NCBI GenBank assembly: GCA_022709695.1 | Contig: JAKLII010000001.1 | Coordinates: forward strand, 24,881 to 88,880 | Direction of reading: 5' to 3' | DNA: 64,000 bases | From: Bacteroidota bacterium | GTDB taxonomy: Bacteria > Bacteroidota > Bacteroidia > Bacteroidales > SKPS01 | Shown: in pieces, positions 1 through 9,851 of the stretch | Layout of the letters: the number at the start of each line of letters is the position of its first letter | How positions within the stretch are numbered: position 1 is the stretch's first letter | Translations under genes and position numbers: made by a program | Notes under the pieces: model-generated | What the model saw: the letters and a program-made list of their open reading frames with translations, nothing else | Databases searched by the model: none | Told to the model about the DNA's origin: nothing

Positions 1-749
1 AACTGCACCAACAGCAGCTGAATCATGGTTTTAGGGATTGTAAAGCGTTTTCTCTGCTCAGGTTCAGCACCTTCTGAAACGGGTTCGCTTTCATAAAATT
101 CAGGCGGGTATTCTCTGGTTCGGATCACTGTCCACAGGATGGCTGCAAACAGTACAGCAGCTCCGATATAAAAGGAGTAGGTTACATTCTGTGGAACAAG
201 GCCTGCCTGTTCTGAGGTTTCAGGTACATTAAAAAGGTTTGCCAGGATCCATGGAAGCCATGAACCGAGTACAGCTCCGATACCTATCAGCAGGGTTTGC
301 ATGGAAAAGCCCAGGGCATGCTGCTCTTCGGGAAGTTTATCAGCCACCAGTGCCCTGAAAGGCTCCATGGAGATATTGATGGAGGCATCCATAATCATCA
401 GCATGCCGCCGCCGATGAACATGGGGGCTATAAAGGTGGCAAGATGCGGAGCATTGGGCATCAGGATGAGGGCAGTGGAGGTCAGGATGGCTCCAACCAG
501 AAAATAGGGCCTTCTCCGTCCCAGCCTTCCCCAGGTCCGATCGCTGAAATATCCGATGATGGGTTGTACGATCATGCCGGTTATGGGAGCTACCAGCCAG
601 AACCATGGCAGATGGTGTACATCGGCACCAAACGTTTGAAGAATTCTGGAGGCATTCGCATTCTGAAGGGCAAATCCGAACTGGATGCCCAGGAATCCGA
701 AACTCATGTTCCAGATCTGCCAGAAGGATAAACGGGGCTTTTGTTTCAT
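1..749 (-). CDS. MFS/GPH-type sugar (maltose/maltodextrin-like) transporter, N-terminal ~249 codons; gene continues beyond window start
   Basis: Absent from the ORF track because it runs off the edge. Manual minus-strand translation from ATG at 749-747 is an open frame: MKQKPRLSFWQIWNMSFGFLGIQFGFALQNANASRILQTFGADVHHLPWFWLVAPITGMIVQPIIGYFSDRTWGRLGRRRPYFLVGAIL... It shows the MFS loop motif (D-R-x-x-G-R-R-R-P) and repeated hydrophobic helices, and it sits next to the starch PUL. Track ORFs 297-731(+) and 340-771(-) are wrong frames of this gene. Confidence 0.8.
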   Translation of the reverse strand, partial: MKQKPRLSFWQIWNMSFGFLGIQFGFALQNANASRILQTFGADVHHLPWFWLVAPITGMIVQPIIGYFSDRTWGRLGRRRPYFLVGAILTSTALILMPNAPHLATFIAPMFIGGGMLMIMDASINISMEPFRALVADKLPEEQHALGFSMQTLLIGIGAVLGSWLPWILANLFNVPETSEQAGLVPQNVTYSFYIGAAVLFAAILWTVIRTREYPPEFYESEPVSEGAEPEQRKRFTIPKTMIQLLLVQ

Positions 750-762
750 ATAAGGTGGGATT

Positions 763-888
763 AAGGTTCAAGGATCAAGGATCAACGTATAATATTCCAG
801 GTTTCAGGTTTTATTTATAACTCATAACTCATAACTCATAACTCATCATTTATCTGCCAACTGCCGACTGTCGACTACCGACTAAAAT
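763..888. repeat. Concatemer of four different heptanucleotide tandem arrays filling the GH13-MFS intergenic gap
   Basis: Read directly: AAGGTTC AAGGATC AAGGATC AACGTAT (763-790). CAGGTTT x2 (798-811). ATAACTC x4 perfect (817-844). CTGCCAA CTGCCGA CTGTCGA CTACCGA CTAAAAT (854-888). Confidence 0.9.
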
Positions 889-3708
889 TCAATAAACCAC
901 CAGCTTCAGGGTCTGGGTAGATTCAGGATCGGAGAGATTGGTGATCTTCAGCAGGTAAATCCCTGTAAGTAGTTTGAAATCAAGGTTATAAAGTGGTATT
1001 TGTTTTCTTTCGGATACCTGTATAGTGGAAGACGCCAGCTGTTTGCCGGTGAGGTCCGATACCTGTACCAGCAACTCTGCTGTAGCAGGAAAATTATTCG
1101 TGAGTACCAGGGTAACCTGCCCTGAGGTGGGATTCGGGAAAAGCATTCCGATTCCTTCTCCAGGCGATGCGCAGCTCTTCCAGCCGGACCCGATACTAAA
1201 CGGACTTTCAATCTTCCTGTCGAGCCATACATGGTATTCTCCCGGAGCCATGGCCAGCACCAGGGAATCGTTGGTTACGCTGATGGAGTCGCCGCTGAGG
1301 TAGTCGTACCAGGTGCCGGTTTGAGGGAACGCGGGTTCAGCATCCTGCCATGTCACATCGAAGTTTCCCATAACCACCATATTGACCGTTGGGGAAGTAC
1401 GTTCATGTCTTTTTACAGATTCTGCCAGACTGATGCTGAGCTGACCATCGTTGGCTGCAGGAAGATGATTGCGGAGATGGTTGAGTGAAGCATAGGTCCT
1501 GTACAGCTGTTGCCGGTCAGGATCGTTGTAATAGTCCCATCTTACTGGTTTTTCGCCTGTTCTGCCGTTGTAGTCGATGCTGTAGTCGTAGCCAAGTTCC
1601 CCGAACTGCCAGATCATTTTAGGGCCTGGCATGGTGAGAAGAAATGCTGCCACCATCTGCGCACGCTGCATGGCAGTATCGGGTTTTGAGGTGTTATAGA
1701 AAGAGGTTTTTGCCCCATACTGCAGGCATTTGTACACGACCCGTTCCTCATCGTGGCTTTCGGCATAGCCGATGGCTGCCGGTACATTCCATCCCCGCTG
1801 TTCCCAGGATAGCCATGAGAAATCGGACTTGCCGCTGCTGTGGTATCCCATAGCAGCCTCCGCAAAAGGATAATTCAGGTTCCCCCAAAGCAGCATACCT
1901 CTGTCGGCCAGCTCCTTCTCCTCATCGTTGTTGGCGAAGTGCTCCAGGATCACATAGGCGCCAGGGTTCACCGACCAGATGGTGTCTGCATACTGTTGCA
2001 GGATCTGGATCCGTGAGGCATCATACTGACCCCATGCGGAGACATTGCCCAGGGTGGTCTTCTGGGTAAATCCCTTTGAGAGGTCGAACCGGAAACCATC
2101 CACCCTGAACTCTTCAAGCCAGAATTTCAGTGCACGGCCGATGAATACTTTTGTGGCTGTGGATTCATGGTTCATATCAAATCCAACATTATAATCGTGC
2201 TTTGCAGTCATATTATAGAAAGGACTTCCCGCTGAGGGGCGGTTATTTGCCTGATCCCAGTAAAGCATCACATAAGGGGAGGTTCCGAAGGAGTGGTTGA
2301 ATACCACATCGAGAATCACTGCGATACCCAAACTGTGGCAGGTGTCAATCAGCGCCTTCAGGTCGTTCTTCGTACCATAATATTTATCTACCGCAAAATA
2401 GTAATTTGGGTTATAGCCCCAGCTGCTGTTTCCTTCGAATTCATTCACAGGCATCAGCTCTATGGCATTGATGCCCAATGTTTTCAGGTATCCAATGGTG
2501 TCGATCACCGTCTGAAATGAATGTTCTGTCGTAAAGTCTCTGACCAATAGCTCGTAGACCACCAGGTCTTCTGCAGCAGGAGGCGTAAACGCCGGATTCT
2601 GCCATTGGTAAATGGGCGGGGTGGTACTGAACACGGTGGCAATGCCTGAGGTTTTTCCGGTGGGATAGGGGAGTATTCCCGGACCGCCTATCCATGCGTC
2701 GTTCCAGGGGTCACTTACCTTTTCCGCGTATGGATCTCCAATTCTGACCGTTCCATCCACCAGGTACTGATAGATATACTCTTTGCCCGGGGTAAGTCCC
2801 CTCAGGTGTGTCCACCAAAGGCCACCCGAAGGAGATCTCTTCATATACCCTGCTGAATCCGGAGTCCAGTGGTTGAAATCGCCGATGGCATATATATACT
2901 CTTTTGCAGGAGCGTACAGAACCAGTATTGCTTCCGAGGGATTGAGGATGTTGATGCCAGGACTAACGCCGGGAGGAGGTAAGGCGACCTGTACCGGTCC
3001 CTGGGTGATGCACCAGAAACTGTCGGTACGGCATTGCGTTGCGTCGCAGGCTGTGGCCTTTATGAGGGTGCTGCCGGGTTGCTGGGGCACGAAGATCCCC
3101 TGATACCCCTGGTTCTGGGTAGTGGCAATGAGGCTGTCATTCAGCATGATCATCAGTGAATCAGCAAGACTGGAGAAAGCCTGGATGGATACTGTATCAC
3201 CAGGGGTGTTAATAATGTAGCTGTAGGGTGGCTTTACAAGGCTCACCTGCAGCCCCGGTTCCCAAACTTTAATAAAGATATCTCCTCCCCCTGCGGTTTT
3301 CCCCTCCAGAAAACTTCCCCCAACTTCGGTAGCACTGCGGAATACGAAAGCCATTTCGAGGATCTTCTCCTGCGCAGGAACCCCATAGTAGGCTCTTATA
3401 GATGGCATAATATCAAGACGATACAGGTTTGCTGCCACCTTTGTGAGTTTGGTGGCCGGGATATTTACACCCCAGGCAGCCTTGACATATTTCCAGTCGG
3501 ATGGCGACTGGCTGGCAGTGGTTATAACACCGGTATGGGCATATACGTCACCGGTGAAGTTATTCAGTCCCTGGGAACCCTGATCTGCATAAAAAAAGAC
3601 CGACACTGTATCGGAATCGGTAGGGAAAACAGGAACCGTAGTAACCACCTGACCATAGGAAGTGATTGATAATAAGAATAATATTCCTATGTAGATATTT
3701 CTTTTCAT
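889..3708 (-). CDS. Secreted GH13 alpha-amylase/pullulanase-like enzyme with N-terminal carbohydrate-binding-like domains and a T9SS C-terminal sorting domain
   Basis: 939 aa with a signal peptide. GH13 regions are DVVFNHS (I), GFRFDLSKG (II), ILEHFA (III) and YAESHDEER (IV). The C-terminus (LFPNPTSGQVTLVL...GIYLLKITN...LKLVVY) fits the Por/T9SS tail. Confidence 0.88.
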   Translation of the reverse strand: MKRNIYIGILFLLSITSYGQVVTTVPVFPTDSDTVSVFFYADQGSQGLNNFTGDVYAHTGVITTASQSPSDWKYVKAAWGVNIPATKLTKVAANLYRLDIMPSIRAYYGVPAQEKILEMAFVFRSATEVGGSFLEGKTAGGGDIFIKVWEPGLQVSLVKPPYSYIINTPGDTVSIQAFSSLADSLMIMLNDSLIATTQNQGYQGIFVPQQPGSTLIKATACDATQCRTDSFWCITQGPVQVALPPPGVSPGINILNPSEAILVLYAPAKEYIYAIGDFNHWTPDSAGYMKRSPSGGLWWTHLRGLTPGKEYIYQYLVDGTVRIGDPYAEKVSDPWNDAWIGGPGILPYPTGKTSGIATVFSTTPPIYQWQNPAFTPPAAEDLVVYELLVRDFTTEHSFQTVIDTIGYLKTLGINAIELMPVNEFEGNSSWGYNPNYYFAVDKYYGTKNDLKALIDTCHSLGIAVILDVVFNHSFGTSPYVMLYWDQANNRPSAGSPFYNMTAKHDYNVGFDMNHESTATKVFIGRALKFWLEEFRVDGFRFDLSKGFTQKTTLGNVSAWGQYDASRIQILQQYADTIWSVNPGAYVILEHFANNDEEKELADRGMLLWGNLNYPFAEAAMGYHSSGKSDFSWLSWEQRGWNVPAAIGYAESHDEERVVYKCLQYGAKTSFYNTSKPDTAMQRAQMVAAFLLTMPGPKMIWQFGELGYDYSIDYNGRTGEKPVRWDYYNDPDRQQLYRTYASLNHLRNHLPAANDGQLSISLAESVKRHERTSPTVNMVVMGNFDVTWQDAEPAFPQTGTWYDYLSGDSISVTNDSLVLAMAPGEYHVWLDRKIESPFSIGSGWKSCASPGEGIGMLFPNPTSGQVTLVLTNNFPATAELLVQVSDLTGKQLASSTIQVSERKQIPLYNLDFKLLTGIYLLKITNLSDPESTQTLKLVVY

Positions 3709-3746
3709 CAGTTTGGATTAGGGATAAAATCTAAACTTTTAATTAT

Positions 3747-3754
3747 TAAATTTG
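3747..3754 (+). promoter_or_regulatory. Candidate Bacteroidota -7 box (TAAATTTG) upstream of susC
   Basis: Matches TAnnTTTG, ~107 nt upstream of the ATG at 3861, in the divergent intergenic region. No well-spaced -33 TTTG is present. Confidence 0.3.
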
Positions 3755-3860
3755 TTGGGCTACTTCCGGTTTTGTTGTGATTGGATTGAATGGCAAATGT
3801 AAGGAAAATCGGAGGTTGACCAGCGATATAGTGTTGAGAAAACCAAAAACCAATACCATA

Positions 3861-6800
3861 ATGGATATGAAGCGAAAATTACTCAGAATGTATGCCGTTA
3901 CCTGGCTGATTGTGCTTTCAGCCTTTACGGCGGGAGCGCAGAACGTAACGGTGGGTGGTGTTGTCTCAGACAGCACTTCAGGTGCTGCGCTGTTTGCGGT
4001 GAACATCCTTCAGAAAGGAACCTCCAACGGAGTGATTTCTGATATCAACGGGAAGTTTACCCTAACAGTACCCAAGGGTGCCACCCTCATCTTCTCCTAT
4101 ATTGGTTATTTAACCAAAGAAGTGGTGATTCAGGAAGGAACCCAGCTTACGATCCGTATGCAGTATGCCACCACTCGACTCGACGATCTGATTGTGATCG
4201 GTTACAGCACCCAGAAGAAGACCGACAAGACCGGGGCAGTAAGCAATGTTACTGCCGAGGAGCTGGTTGGGGGTGTACTTACCGATCCGGTTCAGGGATT
4301 GCAGGGCAAAGCGTCAGGGGTATCGGTGACCAAGAAAGGGGGGGATCCCAACTCCGGGTTTTCGGTGCAGATCCGAGGCGCTTCAGGGTTTAACTCCAAT
4401 ACCCAGCCGTTGTATGTGATTGATGGTGTGCCGGGAGCTGACCCCACAGCGATTTCCCCGGCTGATATCGAATCCATCAATATCCTCAAGGATGCTGCAT
4501 CTACAGCTATTTATGGTTCCAGGGGATCCAACGGGGTAATCATCATTACTACCAAAAAGGGTGTCGCCGGTTCCGGGAAAGGGCAGACCTTCTCGAAAGT
4601 GGAACTGAGTTCACAGGTATCAGTGGACCGGGTGGCCAAAAAGCTTAACGTCCTCTCTGCTGCAGAGATGCGCAACTTTGCCAATACACTGCTGCAGGAA
4701 GCTCTTACTGAGCATCCTGACTACACGGTTGACAGTGTGTTTACCGATGGCGGGGCATCGACCGACTGGCAGGATGTGATCTATCGGAACGGTATTTCCA
4801 CAAGTTCAACCCTCAGTCTTTCCGGGGGGCATGCCAACAGCACCTACTTCGGTTCAGTAACCCGTTCAAACTGGCAGGGTGTGATGCATGGTACTGAAAA
4901 AGACCGGACAACAGCACGATTAAGTGTAACTCACAAAGCGCTGGCAGAGAAGCTGGTGCTTTCAGGGAATCTGATTACCTCTTTCGAAAATAATGATTAT
5001 GAAGATTATGGAGGTTGGGGCAAGTCCGATATCATCTATCAGGCCCTGTCAAGAAATCCAACGGACCCAGTGTATAACAAAGATGTAAACAACAGTGATT
5101 CAGGGTATTATCAGACCAACCGGGTATTCAACTATGAAAACCCGATGGCCATCATCAATGAGATCACAAACCAGAGGGCAGCCAAGCGGATGTTGGGTAA
5201 CATCAAGGCCGATTACGAGATTCTGCCCGGATTTATTGGAAGTGTGAACCTTGGATATATCCGGAATGATCACAACAACGACTATTTCCGTCCGGCCAAT
5301 CTCTACGCTACTGCCGACAACGGATTTGGAAGAAAGAGTTACGAGAACAACACCCAGAAGCTTGTTGAGGTAACAGGAACCTATACCAGGGTTTTTAATA
5401 AAGTACACAACCTTAATGTGTTGGGGGGCTATTCGTGGCAGGAGTCGGTATACAGCGGCTTTTATGCACAGGGTGGAGACGCCCAGTCGGAATTTGCCGG
5501 ACCGGACAATCTGGCAGTTCTGAACGATGTGAAGTGGGGCGATATCGGTTCATGGAAAGGGCAGTGGAACCTGATCGGATTCTTCGGCAGGGTGCAGTAC
5601 AATTATAACGGCAGGTATTACATCACCGGTTCCTTGCGAAGGGATGGCTCTTCGAAGTTCGGCAAGAACAACAAATGGGGCTGGTTCCCTACAGCAGCAC
5701 TGGGATGGAACCTTCTTGAGGAAGACTTCATGAAAGGATTGAAAAGCTTTGATCAGCTAAAGCTCAGGGTAAGCTATGGTATTGCCGGAAATCAGGAGAT
5801 AGGTGAATACAGAAGCCTGGTGGTCTGGGAACCCAGCGGTGTGGCCATCAACCCCGAAACCGGCCAGGAGGTTATCACTTTCAGGCCAGCATGGAATGCC
5901 AATCCCGACCTCAAATGGGAAGAGACCTCAGAACTCAATGTGGGTATCGACTTTTCTCTGCTTAAGAACCGGCTGAACGGCTCACTGGAAGGGTATTACA
6001 AAAAGACCAAGGATCTGCTGGGTGAGTATACCGTTCCCGTTCCCCCTAACCTTGCCACTAAAACCTTTGCCAATTCCGGATCCTTACAGAATATCGGGGT
6101 AGAACTGTTTATGCAGTATTTTGCCATCGACAACCGGAATTTCTCATGGAAAACCAGCGGTACCATTGCCCATAACACTTCAAAGATCCTGGATCTGGGT
6201 TCCTATTTCAATGAAGAGGACGGCGTAAGGAAGGAGGGGTATATCTCGGGTCGCGGAATGGTGGGTGATGAGTACTACCTGACCGGTATCATTGTAGGTG
6301 AAAAGATCGGTTCGTTCTACCTTCCGATATACAAGTCCCTTCAGGAAGGGGAATTTATTTACGAATCCAAGAATGGTGGTTATACTGATAATCTGAGTGA
6401 AGCCAAGCGTGAGATTGTGGGTTGTGCAGCACCCTGGCTGGAGCTGGGCTGGTCGAACAGTTTCACCCTGTACAGGAACTGGACCGTTGATCTGGCATTC
6501 AGGTCGATGATTGGAAACAAGGTGTATAATGCCACCCGGATGTTCTTCGACAATCCGGGAAATCTTCCCTCTCTCAACTCCCTGCCGGATGCCATCGACT
6601 GGCGTGATGACGGGCGCACCTCAGGTTCCAAAATCGCTGATATATACCTCGAGGATGCCTCTTTTGTCAAACTCGATTATCTGGCAGTTGCCTATAAACT
6701 TCCACTCAGAAAGGTGAACAATATCAGCGGGTTATCGATATACCTCTCTTCAAACAACCTCTTTACCATTACAGGTTACAGCGGTATTGACCCTGAAACC

Positions 6801-6890
6801 ACCATTAGCGGGCTCTCTTTCGGAATAGACCAGTACAATGTCTATCCGAAGACCCGATCCGTATCAATCGGTTTCAAGGCAACTTTCTAA
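3861..6890 (+). CDS. susC: SusC-like TonB-dependent outer-membrane transporter
   Basis: The ORF is trimmed to MDMKRKLL... with a signal peptide ending AGAQ. It has a carboxypeptidase-regulatory-like domain, a plug (DDLIVIGYSTQKK), the SusC signature FSVQIRGASGFNSNTQPLYVIDGVP, and a barrel ending ...SIGFKATF. Confidence 0.93.
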   Translation: MDMKRKLLRMYAVTWLIVLSAFTAGAQNVTVGGVVSDSTSGAALFAVNILQKGTSNGVISDINGKFTLTVPKGATLIFSYIGYLTKEVVIQEGTQLTIRMQYATTRLDDLIVIGYSTQKKTDKTGAVSNVTAEELVGGVLTDPVQGLQGKASGVSVTKKGGDPNSGFSVQIRGASGFNSNTQPLYVIDGVPGADPTAISPADIESINILKDAASTAIYGSRGSNGVIIITTKKGVAGSGKGQTFSKVELSSQVSVDRVAKKLNVLSAAEMRNFANTLLQEALTEHPDYTVDSVFTDGGASTDWQDVIYRNGISTSSTLSLSGGHANSTYFGSVTRSNWQGVMHGTEKDRTTARLSVTHKALAEKLVLSGNLITSFENNDYEDYGGWGKSDIIYQALSRNPTDPVYNKDVNNSDSGYYQTNRVFNYENPMAIINEITNQRAAKRMLGNIKADYEILPGFIGSVNLGYIRNDHNNDYFRPANLYATADNGFGRKSYENNTQKLVEVTGTYTRVFNKVHNLNVLGGYSWQESVYSGFYAQGGDAQSEFAGPDNLAVLNDVKWGDIGSWKGQWNLIGFFGRVQYNYNGRYYITGSLRRDGSSKFGKNNKWGWFPTAALGWNLLEEDFMKGLKSFDQLKLRVSYGIAGNQEIGEYRSLVVWEPSGVAINPETGQEVITFRPAWNANPDLKWEETSELNVGIDFSLLKNRLNGSLEGYYKKTKDLLGEYTVPVPPNLATKTFANSGSLQNIGVELFMQYFAIDNRNFSWKTSGTIAHNTSKILDLGSYFNEEDGVRKEGYISGRGMVGDEYYLTGIIVGEKIGSFYLPIYKSLQEGEFIYESKNGGYTDNLSEAKREIVGCAAPWLELGWSNSFTLYRNWTVDLAFRSMIGNKVYNATRMFFDNPGNLPSLNSLPDAIDWRDDGRTSGSKIADIYLEDASFVKLDYLAVAYKLPLRKVNNISGLSIYLSSNNLFTITGYSGIDPETTISGLSFGIDQYNVYPKTRSVSIGFKATF

Positions 6891-6924
6891 TCAACTCTGT
6901 ATCAATAAAAAAAACATAACTGCA

Positions 6925-8406
6925 ATGAAAAAGATCATACTGTTTCTCGGAGCGCTGGTGTTGATTCTCAGCGCCTGTACCGATCTGGAAGAGGTTCTAT
7001 ACGGGAAAATTCCCGGCAACAAATACCCGGAAAATGAAAATCAGATCGCCAATCTCACGGTAGAGGGGTATGCCCGCCTGAGGCCTCTGTGTGATGATGA
7101 AGGGTGGTGGTTTCTGGCACAGGAAATCTCTTCGGATGAGTTGTGTGGCCCTACCCGCGGCAGCGACTGGTATGATGGTGGTAAATGGGTTAATATGCAC
7201 AAACACGACTGGACCAATGATGATGAAGGGGTGAACCGGATGTGGGATGTATTCTGGAAAGGGATCACTACCTGCAATCAAACGCTCGATATGATGCGTG
7301 ATCTGCCTCAGAATGATGCGCTGAAGGCAAAAATGAAAGAAGCCGAAGTGTTGCGCTCTTTCTATTATTACCTCCTCATTGATAATTATGGTGACGTACC
7401 TTACATCACTGTTGCCAAAGGGGCACCTGAAAAACCCTTCAAGATTTCCAGAAGTGCCGTTTTCGACAGCCTGGTTGCCACCATTACTGACGCATTGCCC
7501 TATCTGAAAGCTATTGACAACAAGTATATGGTAACCCGATACGCCGGTTTTGCCATCCTGGCCAAGTTGTACCTGAATGCGGAGGTATACACCGGCACAC
7601 CGATGTGGGATCTGGCAGGGCAGTATTGTGACAGCATCCTGGCAGGACCCTATCAGCTTGACCCTACCGTATCCGGTTCCTTTATCACCAACAATGGGCA
7701 GGCTCCTGAAATTATCTTCTCCATTCCCTATGATGAAAACACTTTTCAGGGTTTCAGACTGCATATGAGAACCTTACACTACCAGCACAACCTGAAGTAC
7801 AATATGCCGGTAGGTCCATGGAACGGATTTGCGGTAGTACCCACCCATTTCGACACCTACGACCAGAACGATCTGAGGCGGACCGCCTATCATATCTTTG
7901 GCTTGCAGCTTACACCCGGAGGAAAGGTTATTCTGGACGGTGAAACCAAAAAGCCGCTGGATATCGTAACCCATCTGCCGGCTCTCACGATGCAGGCTCC
8001 TGCCTTTACCCCGGAACAGATCCGAATGACCGGGGCCCGGGTTGGTAAATATGAAATCAAGATGGGGGCAAAGGAAAACCTCAGCAATGATTTCCCGCTT
8101 TTCAGGCTTTCAGACTTTTATCTCATGAAAGCTGAGACTGAAATCCGGCAAGGCAGGAGCGGTGATCAATGGATTGCCCCCATCCGGACCCGTGCAGGGG
8201 TAACTCCTTTTACAGGCGCCACCCTTACCGATCTGCTGGCTGAGAGAGGCCGTGAATTATATTGCGAAGGGCACCGCCGTCAGGACCAGATCCGATTCGG
8301 AACATGGGGCAATGCATGGTGGGAAAAACAGGCTTCCGGTCCTGAACGAAAGACCTTTCCAATCCCCAAATGGGCTACCGATGCAAATCCAAATCTTCTC
8401 CGATAA
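6925..8406 (+). CDS. susD: SusD/RagB-family starch-binding outer-membrane lipoprotein
   Basis: Start MKKIILFLGALVLILSAC (lipobox). The gene lies immediately downstream of susC and the sequence is SusD-like and helical/TPR-like. The track ORF start at 6838 overlaps the susC end and was rejected. Confidence 0.9.
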   Translation: MKKIILFLGALVLILSACTDLEEVLYGKIPGNKYPENENQIANLTVEGYARLRPLCDDEGWWFLAQEISSDELCGPTRGSDWYDGGKWVNMHKHDWTNDDEGVNRMWDVFWKGITTCNQTLDMMRDLPQNDALKAKMKEAEVLRSFYYYLLIDNYGDVPYITVAKGAPEKPFKISRSAVFDSLVATITDALPYLKAIDNKYMVTRYAGFAILAKLYLNAEVYTGTPMWDLAGQYCDSILAGPYQLDPTVSGSFITNNGQAPEIIFSIPYDENTFQGFRLHMRTLHYQHNLKYNMPVGPWNGFAVVPTHFDTYDQNDLRRTAYHIFGLQLTPGGKVILDGETKKPLDIVTHLPALTMQAPAFTPEQIRMTGARVGKYEIKMGAKENLSNDFPLFRLSDFYLMKAETEIRQGRSGDQWIAPIRTRAGVTPFTGATLTDLLAERGRELYCEGHRRQDQIRFGTWGNAWWEKQASGPERKTFPIPKWATDANPNLLR

Positions 8407-8537
8407 CCCTTTTTTAGAAAAATTGCCTTTATTTGTGTCAAAATAATTTGAACAAATCATTGTTTTATTTGTAATTTTACCGTTTGAAGAACACTGACTG
8501 AATCTTACACCCAATTATCAACCAAAAACTAGCTGCT

Positions 8538-9770
8538 ATGAAGATCAATGTGAGACGTATTATGAGCCTGTTGGGGATGGTTTTCCTCTCCGCGCTCGTG
8601 GTGTTTACATCCTGCAAAAAGGATGATGACGATGATCCCATCGTGCTCGATGGACTTTATGTACTTGGTGGTGCATCAGCGTACACCGATTTTGATGCGA
8701 AAGCCAGGATGAAGGTTACCCGCAACGAGGTAAACCAGACCGAAAGGGCAACCCTCTATGAACTTTACATCCCGTTGAAGGCCGGTGCCACTGGTTTCCA
8801 GATCGCCCAGGTGGCAGGAAGTGTTAAGAAGTATTTTGGCCCCGGTGCTGTATTCGGTGATGTACTGCAGGGTACCACTGATGAACCCAAGGTTACCTTC
8901 CAGCGTGGTGAATATGCCGAAAATACAACCAAATTCACGGTTCCTGCCGATGGAATGTACCATGTGGTAATCGACACCGAATTGGGAAAAGTAGCCATCA
9001 TACCCGTTGAATGGGGTTTGATCGGTGCAGCAACTCCGGATGGCTGGGGAAGTTCAACCCAAATGACCCCGAGCGCTTTCAACCTTACCACCATGGAATG
9101 GTCCCTCACAGGACTGGAGCTCCGCAATGGCGACTGGAAGTTCCGTTATTCACAGGGTTGGAAAGTTGAACTTGACACCGTCCTCGACCTTGGTGGCGGA
9201 CAAAAAGGTGTTAAAGTGAATACCAACTTCGGCGGTGCCGTTGACGCACTTGTTCCCGGTGGTGCCAATATCGTAAACACCGTTCCCGGTATCTATACCG
9301 TTAAACTGAAGTATGTACTCGGAACAGGCTACACGGCCACCCTGACCAAAACCGGTGACCTTCCCCTGACCGACTGGACCGGCGTACAGCTGGATGCAGT
9401 AGGAACCGGTGTAAGTGTTGACAATACCGCTGCTATTCCGGATCCAAGTTCATGGGGATGGGGTAATGTGCTTCTTGCCGATAATGGCGCTGTGCCCACC
9501 AAGGTTGGTGACATCTACACCTGGACTTGGACCGGCATCATCCTCGAAGCCAACGAAGGATTCAAACTCAGAACCCTCAATGGCGTTGCTCCTCCGGTTG
9601 GCGGTGCCAACTTCGACGCAGGATACGGCGCTCTTGATGTAGCAGCCAGCTCTGCCAAAGTGGTGGATTCCGGCGGAAACCTTTCTGTAAATGCAAAGGG
9701 ACCATTTAACATTGCCCTTACCATTGACGCTGCCGACAGCGATAAGATTAAAATCGTGATTACTGAGTAA
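8538..9770 (+). CDS. SusE/SusF-like surface starch-binding lipoprotein
   Basis: Lipobox VVFTSCKKDDDDD. There are two Trp-rich beta-sandwich-like modules (WGLIGAATPDGWGSS...GDWKFRYSQGW and SSWGWGNVLL...EGFKLRTLNG). The position after SusD is typical. Confidence 0.7.
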   Translation: MKINVRRIMSLLGMVFLSALVVFTSCKKDDDDDPIVLDGLYVLGGASAYTDFDAKARMKVTRNEVNQTERATLYELYIPLKAGATGFQIAQVAGSVKKYFGPGAVFGDVLQGTTDEPKVTFQRGEYAENTTKFTVPADGMYHVVIDTELGKVAIIPVEWGLIGAATPDGWGSSTQMTPSAFNLTTMEWSLTGLELRNGDWKFRYSQGWKVELDTVLDLGGGQKGVKVNTNFGGAVDALVPGGANIVNTVPGIYTVKLKYVLGTGYTATLTKTGDLPLTDWTGVQLDAVGTGVSVDNTAAIPDPSSWGWGNVLLADNGAVPTKVGDIYTWTWTGIILEANEGFKLRTLNGVAPPVGGANFDAGYGALDVAASSAKVVDSGGNLSVNAKGPFNIALTIDAADSDKIKIVITE

Positions 9771-9791
9771 GACCGATTGATTACTGAGGAA

Positions 9792-9820
9792 CTGCCCCCT
9801 TTGCGGGGCAGTTTTTTTTT
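9792..9820 (+). terminator. Rho-independent terminator after the susC-susD-susE/F unit
   Basis: CTGCCCC-ctttgc-GGGGCAG stem followed by T9 (9812-9820), 22 nt after the stop at 9770. Confidence 0.8.
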
Positions 9821-9851
9821 GCTGAATTTTTTCTATCTTAGTCGCAAAGTT

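Noticed and set aside
297-820. Track ORFs 297-731(+), 301-507(+), 340-771(-) and 605-820(+)
   Set aside because: All are alternative frames over the genuine minus-strand MFS transporter gene (1-749) or read into the heptamer arrays. Their translations have no membrane-protein or other recognisable features.
3777-3860. Upstream-extended starts given by the ORF track (3777, 6838, 9777, 18992, 22825, 30888, 35939, 37345, 43410, 46152, 56904)
   Set aside because: Downstream ATGs give canonical signal peptides, lipoboxes or family-typical N-termini. Several track starts are non-ATG codons (GTG at 37345, and likewise TTG at 27766 for ligA). Others overlap the preceding gene or a terminator.
6997-7764. 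Long antisense or overlapping ORFs opposite real genes. Examples are 6997-7764, 11040-11711, 13493-14056, 22151-22780, 28486-29172, 30922-31767, 32521-33198, 42340-43266, 46383-47201, 48638-49306, 57123-57755 and 58268-59011.
   Set aside because: Each lies entirely within a confidently identified gene on the other strand or frame and has a motif-less, compositionally skewed translation.
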